Below, piece after piece: positions 14,250-27,589 of a stretch of 64,000 bases of DNA. Source of the DNA: Azolla caroliniana. Lineage: Eukaryota > Plantae > Polypodiophyta. The number at the start of each line of letters is the position of its first letter. Position 1 is the stretch's first letter. Location of the stretch: contig JBHGNT010000021.1 of NCBI GenBank assembly GCA_043228905.1, forward strand, positions 12,152,001 to 12,216,000. The letters run 5' to 3'. The position numbers and the translations under genes are program-made. Under the pieces are notes generated by a model. That model did no database searches. It saw only the letters and a program-made list of their open reading frames with translations, and was not told the origin of the DNA.

Positions 14250-17200
14250 TGTCGTGCCTTTCGGCTCCGGATCGTTTGCGTGAGTCGGGTGGGAACCGCC
14301 GAGGTTTTGGACTAGGAGAAAGAAAAATACAAATAAGGCTAGTAAAGAATAGGTATAAAGAGTTATAAGATAAGAATCTCGTGAATCCCACGAGTTTAGT
14401 ATATTTAGTCAATATTTAGGTAGTAAGAGAGAATTATTTTAGCAAATTCGTGAATCCCACGAATATTTTAGATTGATTAATCATTATTGAAAAATAATCA
14501 ACAAAAACTACAATGTGCTCCCCATCCTTATATAGTGATGGGAGAGACTAAGCATAGCTACATGCTTTTTTTTCTAATATGTTCATGCACACTAAATGTG
14601 CATGTGATGCTTTTTTATTTCCTAAGTATAGGGCTTATGCACGCTAGATGTGCATGAGTTATTTTTAGTGTCTCGTGTTTTTTCTTTTTCATATATTAAA
14701 AAAATACACGATTTACCTTTTAATAAAGGTATGCATAAATAAAGGTCTTATACGTATTAAATCTATATTTAAAACACTTAAGATAAGTTAATGTAATGGT
14801 AAGGTTGGGGTTTGTCAACATGGAGGTACAAGGTTCAAATCTTGCCCTATGCACGTGATAAATATATTGATATTCTTATTTTATTTATTTATATGTAATT
14901 AAATCGGTTATATTATTTTTACTTTTTCACGTAGTGTACGAAATACACTACGACACTCGCCCCCTCCGAACCCGCACATCCTCCGGTATGTGCCGAAGTT
15001 GCCGATGCTCGTTGTCTCCCCTTCATCCTCAATTTGTCCCGCTATGTCAACTTTGTCTCTCCATTTTGAGTAGACCCATTCTTTCCACCCGAACCATTGT
15101 CGCCATCCAATCCACCATATTCTTTGTTCTCTCTCGTCATATTCTTGGCCCTTGTCATTCGTGGTAGTGTCTTTTACTGGCCTCTTTCTTGTCTTCATCA
15201 ACCTTGACTTTTTTCCGGATCGCTCTCGTCCGATCGACTTTCGGTTTGATCGGCTTCCGATCGGATTCGTATTCGGCCGAATCGGAATCGGTTGTTCGGT
15301 TTCGATTGAGTTGGTCTCCTTCCGGCTCGGTTTCGATCTATCGGTTTCGGTTTCGGTTGGCTTTCTTTTCCTCGTTTTCACCAGCCTCGACCGGTCCAAC
15401 CTCCGGTTGAGTCGGATTAGCTTCTTTCCGGATCGATCTCGTCCGATTGGCTTTCGGCTAGGTCGGCTTCCATCCATATTCGCGTTCGGCCAAGTCAGAC
15501 TCGGTCGATCGGTTTTGACCAAGTCGACCCCTTTTCGGGTCGGCTTTCTTTCGGGTCGTCTTTCGGCCGAATCCTCATTCGCCCGGTTCGGCTTTCGTTT
15601 GTATCGTCTTTCAGTCGAATCCTCTTTTACCCGGTTCGGCTTTCTTTCGGATCGGAATCCCGTCCGGATCACCTTCCATCCGAACCGGCTTCCGACTTTA
15701 CCTTTCTTGCTGCCACCTCCCGTCTCTCCGGTCTCACGTTGGTTCTCGGACACAACCGCCGAAGTCTCTAGGATTAGTGGGCAGGAATCCTCGGTATTAT
15801 CATCCTCCATTGTTTCACCCATAGCCATATTCTCGGCTATCTCTCCGTCATACGCATCAGCTTCAACCTTTGATTTCTCTCCGCCACCTTCCGTCTCTTC
15901 GGTCTCACGTTGCCTTTCGAACGCAACCACCGGAGTCTCTAGAATCAGTGGTGGGGAAGTCTCGATATGGCCATCCGTCGTTGATTCGTCCATAGCCACC
16001 TTCGATTCGATGTCATGTTTCGTGGTGACCTCCTCAATCAAGTCCTCCTTGCTCTCTTTCACTGCATCAATTATGCTTACCCCTTTTTTACCCGATGTTT
16101 CGGACACTTGTAATCCGAAATCTTCTTCTACACTTGGGTTATCGGCCTTATCCTTCGCCGTCGTTCTTTCGCAAGACAAGAGGGTAGCTTGTTTTACACC
16201 CTCTTCCGTCGCACCATCATGTTGTATTTCGGCCTTCATATCGGCTCCATCGTTTGTCTTCAATCGACCATCCTTCATCGGCCATGTCGTTGACAAGATT
16301 CTCATCTTCCTCTCATCATGTCTCCGGCATACCCTTTGGACTTCGGCCCAATCTTCGGTAAGACCATTCGTACCTTCATCGTCTTCGAGTTCGATCCCGA
16401 TGTCCATCCTTTCTTTTCGATCGATCGATTTTACGAACATTAGGACTTTATCCTCTCCCACCAATCGTTGTTCCCGCTCCGAGAGTTGAGCAAGACGATG
16501 CTCTAACTCTAGGAATGCTTGTGTTGCACTTCGGTGGGTCTTCTCCGATGCCACCCATTCGTCGAATTCTCGCCGATCTTTTCCCTTCGATCTCTTGTAA
16601 TCATATGCCTCTCGTAAAGCTTCTTCGAATGATCCCCATGTCGAGTTTTGTTGTCATATCTTGTAGATTCTTTCTTGTAACTCATCCGTGGCTACCCGAC
16701 TGAAGGATATCACTTGCAATTCTTCCGGTATCCCACATCGCATCATCTCCCCTTTGTAGTCACGTAGATAGTGTGACACATCATTTCCGTTGAATTCCCC
16801 ATTTCGTCGCACAAGCCGCTCTACTGCCACCTTCATCTCCGTCATCGCGTGTTGTTCTTGTTGCATCCGCTCAACCATCATCATCATCATTGTTATGCTC
16901 ATTGCCTCTTGTTGATTCTCCATCTCCTTGCCACCCGCCTTCACGTCGGGTTCACCAACTGTGTCGTGCCTTTCGGCTCCGGATCGTTTGCGTGAGTCGG
17001 GTGGGAACCGCCGAGGTTTTGGACTAGGAGAAAGAAAAATACAAATAAGGCTAGTAAAGAATAGGTATAAAGAGTTATAAGATAAGAATCTCGTGAATCC
17101 CACGAGTTTAGTATATTTAGTCAATATTTAGGTAGTAAGAGAGAATTATTTTAGCAAATTCGTGAATCCCACGAATATTTTAGATTGATTGATCATTATA

Positions 17201-17667
17201 GAAAAATAATCAACAAAAACTACAATGTGCTCCCCATCCTTATATAGTGATGGGAGAGACTAAGCATAGCTACATGCTTTTTTTTCTAATATGTTCATGC
17301 ACACTAAATGTGCATGTGATGCTTTTTTATTTCCTAAGTATAGGGCTTATGCACGCTAGATGTGCATGAGTTATTTTTAGTGTCTCGTGTTTTTTCTTTT
17401 TCATATATTAAAAAAATACACGATTTACCTTTTAATAAAGGTATGCATAAATAAAGGTCTTATACGTATTAAATCTATATTTAAAACACTTAAGATAAGT
17501 TAATGTAATGGTAAGGTTGGGGTTTGTCAACGTGGAGGTACAAGGTTCAAATCTTGCCCTATGCACGTGATAAATATATTGATATTCTTATTTTATTTAT
17601 TTATATGTAATTAAATCGGTTATATTATTTTTACTTTTTCACGTAGTGTACGAAATACACTACGACA
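14250..17667 (-). mobile_element. Non-autonomous gag-only Gypsy-type LTR element G1 (LTRs 14250-14955 and 16962-17667)
   Basis: 706-bp LTRs with TGTCG...CGACA ends and about 3 differences. TSD CCGG. 18-nt PBS at 16940-16957 complementary to the tRNA-Trp 3' end. PPT GAGGGGGCGAG. The 2-kb interior is a gag fragment plus a charged low-complexity ORF, with no PR/RT/INT. Confidence 0.92.
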
Positions 17668-18538
17668 CCGGTGCACAACATCCGGCGTGCATGAGGTCAC
17701 TCTGCACGAAAAATACTTCGGAAACAAGCCGGACTTATCGCACATCCGGATATTCGGCGCAATAGCATACGTGCATATCCCCGACGAGAAGTGTCAAAAG
17801 CTTGACCCGAAGTCGGAGAAATGTATCCTCGTAGGATACTCATTGGAGCAAAAGGGGTACAAGTGCTACAACCCCTCAACTCGAAAATCTCGAGTAAGTC
17901 GAGACGTCGTTTTTGACGAGTCCGCATCCTGGTACGCACCAGAGACAACTCCGACTCCGACTCCGCTCGACCCGGAATTCGCCGAACAAGAGATCGAGGA
18001 TGAAGATCGCCTTATGCGCATATTCGAAGAAAGTCCGATCATGACCCGATTGAGCGGACCACAAGAGCCTTTGAGGGATCAAAGCACATCACGGCCTAGC
18101 CCGAAGATGGACAAAGGCAAGGCGAAAATGTCGGAATACGAAGATGATCGCTTCAACGACGATGAGTTGACTCACTCACTGGACAGTGAGTTCGGCGGTT
18201 TTAAGGTACCAATCGGAGCTAAGAAAGCCCTCATCTCTACAAATGAAAAGCTCCGCCGATCCACTCGTGAAAAGAACCCCGTAAGCCGATTCAGCTACAA
18301 CGATTATATGGCGTACCATTACGGGAGCGACAGTACAGGAGCCGGAAACCTTTTCGGAAGCCGCGAGGGACTCACGATGGATCGAAGCAATGAACGAGGA
18401 GATGCAGGCACTACGGAAGAACGAGACGTGGGATCTCGTTCCCACCTCACCACACAAAAAGGCGATCGTATGCAGATGGATCTACAAGGTGAAGTATAAC
18501 ACTGATGGGTCCTTAAATCGCTACAAAGCTCGACTCGT

Positions 18539-21500
18539 TGTCACGTTGGTACGCGCGGGCGTGGAGAACAAGGCGGGACTACTGGGTCTTGGAACGAGGA
18601 ATAGGTGAGAAGAGGGAGAGAGAGAGAGAGAGCGAGAGAGCGAGAGACGCTCACACACGTATAGACAAAGAAGCGCACGGAGACGCGGCCCAACAACACA
18701 GGAGACACGAGTTGAGAACGCTAGCATATGTATATAAATAAATATGTGTATGTATTTGTATGTATGCAAACGACTCGAACGGTTACAGTCGATCAGGTCG
18801 GCGAGATGGATGCCGACGCCTGATCACCCACGCACACAGGAGAGAAAGATGGTGATTCTGCCGGAAGCACACGAGCGTTCCATGGAGCAGGATCAGCCTC
18901 CTGAGAACCTGCGCAAAAGAAAGCTATGGAGAACGACAGAGAAGAAGAGCTCGGTCCCAGTCCGATAGCACTTCGTCCCCTCTAGCGTGCGATACCTTCT
19001 CTCCCCCGTCTCCCTCTCTTTTATAGCTCAAGGAGGGAGGCCGTTTCACCCGTTTACATCACATTAATTCTCTGTCCTTTCAGACAGAGATACTCCTCGA
19101 TTTCCCCTATAGAATATTGCTACCTAGGATTTGACCTTTGTGCCTACCTATCCACTATACAACAAGGGGCGTGCCCACGTGTAAGGGCCGGTTCACACAC
19201 ACTATACACAGTTTGCGCCTGGGGACGGTCTTCTTCACGACATCCGCCCCCACCTAACCGTGCATCCACCGGTATGCGCGAAAATTGGGTTCCTACGGGA
19301 GAAAACCGATCCTTGCTTTTATTCCTCGTTTACCGGTTCATCCTCCGCCTCGGGCTGCTCGTCGTTGCTATCCATGCCCCCTAGCTCCGGCTCACCGTCG
19401 TGTCGTTTCTTGAACGCTTTGATCCTCTTCCCCGCTACTGGTATCGCCATTCTCGTACCGTCGAGCTCCGCGAGATGGTACGTCCCATTGCCGTTGGCAC
19501 CTGTTACTACGTAAGGCCCGAACCACCTCCTCGCAAACTTCCGCGTGGCCCTATGCTGATTGTCGAGGCTGCTGTCGTAGACTAGCACCCAGTCGCCTTC
19601 TTCAATGTTCCTTGGCCGGAGCCGGTGTGTTCGGTCGAACTGGGCTTTGTTCCTTATCCTCGCTACCCGAAGTTTCTCCGCGGCTCGCTCTACGTCCTCC
19701 GGCCTCCACTCGAGCTGTTGAATCCGCGCCGCCAACAGTTCCTCCCGGCTCATCTCATCCCTCCAGTCCACCGTGGCCCACGAGGAGATCGTTCGCTCTG
19801 TTGGCATGATCGGCTTCTGTCCGAACATAAGCTTGGCCGGCATGAACCCGGTTACCGAACTGTGCGTAGTCCGGTCCGCCCACAAGGCATAAGGTAGTAG
19901 CCGTGGCCAGTTCCCGACTTCACCTCCGCACGCCCGTACTAACGCTTTGACAATTGGCCCGTGTCCGCGCTCCACCTTCCCGTTCACCTCCGGATTGTAC
20001 GCTGTGGTGAGCGAAAGTTTGACTCCTAGCCGGTCGAACAACTCTTCGGCCTCTTCTGCGTCCAACTCACCACGGTCAGCCACGATCTTCCCTACGCACC
20101 CGTATCGGCATACCACGTCCTCAATCAAAAACCGGCATACGACTGCAGTCGTCTTGTTTTGCAGGGCTTGACCTTCAACCTGGTTTGTTAGATCCTCCCG
20201 AGCCAACACCAGATACCGCATCTGTCCTACCCCCATTGGCATCATCACCAAATCCACCATCCATTTGAAGTGGACGGTTGGAGGGTAGGTCGGGTGGAGC
20301 TCGTCCCGGTGTCGGATCATGGAGTGGACCTAGCAGCTTTCGCAAGTCGTCACTAACCGATGCACGTCCCGGTATAGTCCCGGCCACCAGTACTTCCCTT
20401 TTAGCTTTTCGAACGTGGCCCACGTTCCACAGTGTCCAGCCCAAGGACTATCGTGGTACGCCGCTAGCAAATCCTCATGTTCCTCCTTCTTCGCCACCAC
20501 TCGGAGCGGGATGTTGTTCCTCTTCTTCGGGTGCTTCCATATGTACCCGTCCCGGAGAAAGAATCGGTAGGCTTTCTTCCGAATCCGGTTGGCCTCGTCC
20601 GTTGTCCATGCCGCGTCCGGTGTCATTGTTTTCAGGAACCCGCCGATCTGCAGCCACTCCCCGTCGTACTTGCTCTGCTCAAAATCATTAAGCGTTGGAG
20701 TGCATTCCCTGCCGGTTGTTACGTGAGCCGCCTTGAAGAAGTCCACGCCGACTTCCTCGTCCTCCGAAACCATGCCGCCCTTGTTTTCGAACCTCGCCCT
20801 TGAAAGCATGTCGGCCATGGCATTGTCTTTCCTGGAAATGTGTCGTATTTCCGGATTCAGGGACTTGATGTACGCTATCCACCTGAGCATTGCCAGGTCC
20901 GGCGTCACGCATCCGGAAACCATGCCAAGAATTGGCAGGCAGTCTGTCTCGATAATTACCTCTGCCCCGATCAGGTAGTCTTTATCGGCCTTTACCGCCG
21001 AAACGATACCCCAGAGCTCGCGTTTAACCTGGGCGTATCCTCGTTGTCGCTCACTGAGGACCTTCGCGCCAAACCGGATCGGGAAACGCATGCCGTCCTC
21101 GTCCTCTTGGTTGACGACCCATCCGATCCTGGTCGGACTCGTGTCTATCGTTATGTAAATTGGAGTGTCCTTTCCGTAGACAGCCTTTCGGAGCGCCGGA
21201 GCTACGGCAAGTGCTTCCTTCATCTTTCGGACAGACTTCGTATGCTCGTCTCTCCACTCGAAATTTCGCCCCTTTTTCAGCAACCTGTATAACGGCTCCG
21301 CGACGTGAGCGTAATGCGGGATCCAAATGTGGTAGAACGCGCACGCTCCCAAGAACCTCCGAACCTCCGTGATCGAGCTACAGTCGTCCTTCATCGCGGA
21401 GATGGCTTCTACCTTAGTCGGAGACGGTTTCCGGCCGTATGACCCGCATAGGTGTCTGACGACCATGATCTCTAATTGCCCGAAGGCCGATTTTCCCCCG

Positions 21501-24500
21501 GAGAAGGTGAGCCTCGCGCCCTCCAACCTCTGCAGCACCTTCTCGCAGTCATCGATGTGTGTCGCCACAAATTTCCGGCACCCGTCCGGTCCGATCGTCT
21601 CGTCCCTTTCCTCCACCAGGCATCCCTTGATCGGGACGTCGTCCAGAAACGGCATGGTGATGTCCCGGATACAATCCCTCAGCACCTTGTTCATTGCGTT
21701 CACCATGTGAGCCACCGAGTTCGTCCCTCCTTGTGGTAGGGTACACATCCGTACTAGGCCGAGAGGAGTTCGCATTGTCGTGATGTCTTTGCTCTCTATG
21801 GCTAGCTGGAACTGATCGTACCCTGAGTAGAGATCACCGACCGAGTAAATCGACCTTCTGGCGAAGGCCTTCGCGAACTCGTCTATTGTCGGTCCGATTC
21901 CTGCGTTTTGAATGGTCACCTTGTTGACCGGCTGCAGATCTTGAATAAAGCGCAGCGTGCCGACCTTCTTCGGCACGGTAAACCACCGATTCGAGTATGG
22001 GGCACTGGACGGTTCGAGGATTCCCATCTCGACCTTCTGCTTTAACAGCTCCATCAGCTTTGGGATGTGAGCTCTGGGTACTGGAATCGGTTTGAGACTC
22101 CACGGCACATGCGGTACCGTGAATATCACCATTGGTTCCACGACTGTCGGGTCTACGCACCCGATCTCCTCCGGTGACAATGCGAAAGCCTTCCCGTGCC
22201 TTCCGAGCATTCCCCGAAAATGGTCCTCTTCCACCAGCAGTAGGAAGCCGCCCCGACCGATTTTGAGCTCGCGTAGCGTTATGTCGGTGAATGTGTGTCC
22301 TATGCGGGCCGGATTTCGTAAACTCGGGTCCGGCGCAACCCCCTTTATTCGCAACTCGCTGCCCTCCGGCAAGGGAGCCGTGACTGGCCTCACCTTCCGG
22401 TCCACAGTCTTGTACCTCGTGTCCACCCCGGCCGTCCGATCCGACTTGAGCCCTCTACTGAAGTCCGCGATGACTTCGTACATCCTTTCCGAACATACCG
22501 GAATCGTCCGGTCCTCTTTAAGGACTCCTCCGACTACCTCTCGCAGCTCCCCCAAGGTATCGTCGAAAGAGACCGCCTCCACGGCTCCGTTGATTTCCTC
22601 TCCAAGGCCGAGGATACCACATGCCCGAAGTTGCTCCTCCGCCCTTTTCTTCTTCCGGCCAACAACGTCGACTATCGTACACCCTCCGTTGTCGGAGAAC
22701 CAAAATTTCCTACTTATAGTACAAGTCTTCTTTGCTATCGTACACTTGTGGGGTTTTCCCAGAGTGTCCGGACTATCGCGGCTCCACGCCTTGATAGCCC
22801 TCTCTAAAAATCCTCTCGGCTTTTGCCCCGGAGGGTCTGGCGGTTCCGCTCATGGTTCGGTCTCACCGTTAGGAACTGGACAGAGTGACGCCCATCCTGG
22901 CTCTTGACCCTTGCATAGGCCGAGCCGTTGTCCAGCACCTTGGTCTCCATCCGTGCTGCCGTGATGTACGGTTCTCCTAGTATAACCGGATGTGAGGACA
23001 TCTCCTGCACGAAGAAGTGCTGGTCAATCTCGACATCGCCGATCTTTACTCGTACATTCGGGCAGGCTCCATGCAGTTCTTCGGTGGCACGCGTCGCTGC
23101 CCGTATTTTCCACCCATGCTTGGTGTTGATTGGCCATTTCCCTTTCTTATAGAAGTCCATGGACATCAAATTGATTTCTGAACCGTGGTCCACCAACGCC
23201 ACCACCTGTTCATGAACATCTACGATCTTCATGGGGGTCTCCGTGGTCGCTCTGGCCCAGTGCGGCCGCGAATAGTGGCTCTCCGCCAACTCGTCTTCCA
23301 GCACCATGTCCTCTATGTGCGTCGTCCGCACCTCCACCGGCTTCTCCGGTTCAGTCTCCGTCGACAACCTCTTCCTCTTCACCAAGTCTACGATGGAGTC
23401 GTGGAACTCCTTGGCGATCCCGAGCACTTCCCTCAGCGACAGTTCCACCTTACTGTCGAGGATTCGTTCTTCCAGGACCTTTCGCAGGTCCGTGGATCTT
23501 TCGATTTCTGTGCCCAGCCGGTACCCGCCCCTCTTGGGATTATCCTGGGCGCCGGTTACACCGTCCTCATTTCGTCTTTGCCCGAATCGAGTTTCATATC
23601 GTTGTGAGGGCCCGGCCCCTCCGTTTTTCCCTACCCGCTTGTCCTCTACTAGAGCCTCATAGTTTTGACAAGCGGCTTCGACGAAGCCCGTCTTTTCTTC
23701 CACCGGGTCACTCCACCGGGTCACCTCCCGGACCCGTTTTTCCATGCGGTCCGCCTCTTCTTTCCTTACTCATGCGCCGGCGAGCCCTTCTAGCATCGTC
23801 GGCCAGAACCCGGCTTTGTTCGTCTTCGGGGCCTCGCCACCTCCGACCCGAATACCAGCTGACACCGAGTAGTGGACGGTCTCCGCGTGACGAGCCGCTG
23901 CCTCCTCCATCAGCCTTTTCATACCCCCTCGCCCGACGTTCAGGTCCAGGGGCCTTCGGGTTTCGTTGGCGTGCACCCGAAAGTTCCATAGGTACACCAC
24001 GTTGCTTCTCATCGCATCGGCGAAGTCCCCGCAGTCCTTCCGGATGTGGCCAACCGCGTCACACCACATGCACATGTTTCCAGCCAGAGGTCGTTGGTCA
24101 CGGCCCTGTTCACTACCGTCCCTCCGTGCCTGGGCGATCTGGAGATCCTTTACCATCCGCATCAGTTCCTCCAGAGCTGCTCCCCCGGACGAGCCCTTGA
24201 CCATGCCGGTCGAAGCCGATCCGGTCTCGAGCCAATCTCAGGTCTCTTCCCTTCGCGTTGGTGGTGTTGGCTCGAGCTTCCTCGCTGTGACAGAGCCCGC
24301 CCCTGTCGATCCTTTGTCAACCCATTCCCGTCGTTTGTCGAAACGACCACAGACCCTTTTCACCATGGCCCAGTCGGCCGTGAGCCCGTCATCAGTCTCC
24401 AATAGGAGGCCTACCTGCTCCCGATCCCGCTCATCAACTGACTTAACAAACAATAGGACACGGCTTGTGTCCAGAACGGTCCGGTCAAGCACCGAGAGGC

Positions 24501-25671
24501 GCGCGAAGCGTTCCTCAAACTCCCTGAGGAGCACGGACGCGTTCCTTCCTTTGTCGGGGGTCTCCACCTACTCCATGAAGTCCCGCTTCGAAAGTCGAAG
24601 CGCATCTTCAAGCTCGTATTTTGCGAGGAGCCGACCTTCGAACTCCTCCCAGGTTCGGCTCTCAGCCCGTACCTCGAGCACCTCCGTATGGATACTCGGC
24701 ATCGCCACTCGAGGAAATCCGGCTAGATGCCTCTCTTCCGGAATGTCCCTCATTACCATCTCAGCCCGATAGGACACCAAGTAGCTCGTGGCATCCTTCC
24801 CACTAAACCGGCCGATCGTACCGACAACCGCCTCGATAGCCCTATCAAGGGCGCCGGTGCCTTCACGCGCACTCACTATACGGTCCACAGCCGAAGCCAT
24901 GGCTTCTGCAAGGTCTGACCCCCTCATCTTCTACTCCTCTGCAGCCTCTTCACGTCGGGTTCACCAAATATGTCGCGTTGGTACGCGCGTGCGTGGAGAA
25001 CAAGGCGGGACCATTGGGGTCTTGGACCAAAGAATAGGTGAGAAGAGGGAGAGAGAGAGAGCGAGCGAGCGAGCGAGAGACGCTCACACACGTATAGACA
25101 AAGAAGCGCACGGGGACGCGACCCAACAACACAGGAGACACGAGTTGAGAACGCTAGCGTATATATATAAATATGTGTATGTATTTGTATGTATGCAGAC
25201 GACTCGAACGGTTACAGCCGATCAAGTCGGCGAGATGGATGCCGATGCCTGATCACCCACGCACACAGGAGAGCAAGATGGAGATTCTGCCGGAAGCACA
25301 CGGGCGTTCCATGGAGCAGGATCAGCCTCCTGAGAACCTGCGCAAAAGAAAGCTATGGAGAATGACAGAGAAGAAGAGCTCGGTCCCAGTCCAACAGCAC
25401 TTCGTCCCCTCTAGCGCGCAATACCTTCTCTCCCCCGTCTCCCTCTCTTTTATAGCTCAAGGAGGGAGGCCGTTTCACCCGTTTACATCACATTAATTCT
25501 CTGTCCTTTCAAACAGAGATACTCCTCGATTTCCCTTATAGAATATTACTACCTAGGATTTGACCTTTGTGCCTACCTATCCACTATACAACAAGGGGCG
25601 TGCCCACGTGTAAGGGCCGGTTCACACACACTATACACGGTTTGCGCCTGGGGACGGTTTTCTTCACGACA
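18539..25671 (-). mobile_element. Full-length Gypsy element G2 (LTRs 18539-19242 and 24971-25671), gag-PR / RT-RH-INT, with several stops
   Basis: TSD TCGT; tRNA-Trp PBS at 24949-24966. Knuckle CMWCDAVGHIRKDC, PR ALVDHGSEIN, RT FLDD, RH IDTSP...ETDC, INT HHCC plus core. Inserted in the Copia B RT. Confidence 0.95.
22770..22813 (-). other. Putative -1 ribosomal frameshift signal of G2
   Basis: Minus strand reads GAG GAT TTT TAG with heptamer G GAT TTT, a 6-nt spacer, then hairpin GGGCTATC-AAG-GCG-TGGAGC-CGC-GATAGTCC. The -1 frame is open from here into the 750-aa RT ORF. Confidence 0.7.
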
Positions 25672-27539
25672 TCGTAGCGAAAGGATACGCTCAAACGCAT
25701 GGCGTCGACTACAAAGAGACCTTTGCCCCGGTGGCAAAGATGACGACAGTGCGGACCGTAATTGTGATTGCCACGACGAAAGGGTGGCACCTCCATCAAA
25801 TGGACGTCAAGAACGCCTTTCTACAAGGCGAATTAGAAGAGGAGGTGTACATGATCCAACCACCCGGCTTCAACTCGAGCACCCATCCGAAAGTTGTTTG
25901 CCGACTCAAGAAGCCACTCTACGGCCTCAAGCAAGCACCGCGTGCTTGGCATTCGAAGATAACGCAATATCTTCATCAAATCGGCTTCCGTATGTCAAAA
26001 TCGGACAACTCCCTCTACAGATGAAGCGATTCCGCAAGTCCGATCATCATCATTTTATATGTGGATGACCTAGTCATTGGAGGTGAGCATCTCGTCGAAA
26101 TCAATAAAGTCAAATCCCTCCTTTCCGACAAGTTCGAGATGACGGACATGAAGGAGCTCCACTACTTCCTCGGCATTGAGGTAATTCGGACTCGGGCCGT
26201 AATCATGATCTCTCAACGACACTACATCCTCAACTTGTTATACAAGTTCGGGATGGCGGAGTGCAAATCCGTGGCAACCCCGCTCGATCTTAATCTCAAA
26301 CTAGATGTGAACTCCGGCACCAAAGCGTGTGAGCCGACTCAGTATCGGCAACTCATCGGGAGTCTCATCTACCTCACGATCACACGACCCGATCTCAGTT
26401 ATCCAGTCGGTCTCCTTAGCCAATTCATGCAAACACCGCGTGATACTCACTTGTATTGCGCTAAGCGAGTTCTACGCTACGTCATCAGCACAATGGATTG
26501 CGGCATCCTCTACAAGACCGCGATGCCAATACGACTCGAGGGGTACACAGACGCCGATTGGGCCGGCTACAAAGCTGATAGAAGATCAACCTCCAGATTT
26601 GTTTTCTCCCTCGGCAGCGGAGCAATATCCTAGAGTAGCAAGAAGCAACCTACCGTCGCTCTTTCGAGTACGGAGGCGTAATATAGGGGCGCAGCCGTAG
26701 CTGCGTGTGAAGCAGTATGGCTCAAGAGGATTTTGAAGGATCTGGGCGTACCCATCAAGGATCTAACTTCCCTTTACTGCGACAACATGAGCAACATCTA
26801 TCTGGCTCGGAACCCGGTGTTCCACGTGCGGAGAAAGCACATTGAAGTGCACTATCACTTCATCCGAGAGCGTGTTCTGGCTTGCGATGTCGACCTACAA
26901 CACATTAGCACCAATCTTCAAACGACCGACATCTTCACTAAAGCCTTAGGAGCCGACAAGCTGTGGCAATTCATGATCGATCTCGGATTGACGATCCCTG
27001 ACTTGCCAAGCTTGAGGGGGAGTACTGAAGACACTACGCAATAACACATGGATTTTGCAACCACGCAACGAGCAGCGAAGAGCCGATCTACCGCGCAAAG
27101 CCACGAAGAAAGACGCAAGCCGAAGCACAGACTTCGCACAACGCAAGCTGGAGCACGGATTCCGCAACTCCGCATAAAGCGAGCCGACGCGGACTCCGGA
27201 ACGCGAGTTGAAGCGGATTTCGGATACCGTCTGAAACCAACCCGACTTGAGCTTGAGGGGGCATGTTAAGAATCAAGCTCAACTTGGTCTAGTGTGTGAA
27301 CTCACCTTGAGAGTGAAGAGACACTCCAACGGTCAAGAGTCACCATTATGTCACCACTTTGTATTCTAGCATTTAGTATGAGTCATAGAATCATATGAGC
27401 TTTCATATTCCCCATGCTCCATGAGGCTTGTAGTTAATGAAGAGAGAGGGTGACTACATAAAGCACCCTCCTCCCACCTTGTATAATGTTGAGTCTTTCT
27501 CCTTTGTCAATATACTTTTACCTTGCGTATTCTCTATGT

Positions 27540-27589
<50 letters not shown>

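Noticed and set aside
15152-16489. 445-aa plus-strand ORF, and similar long antisense ORFs at 22092-22907, 23966-24772 and 41310-42596
   Set aside because: Antisense shadows of GC-rich retroelement coding strands with no recognisable domains.
16940-16957. tRNA-Trp gene (also 24949 and 44798)
   Set aside because: Only the 18-nt 3' end including CCA, adjacent to an LTR: a primer-binding site.
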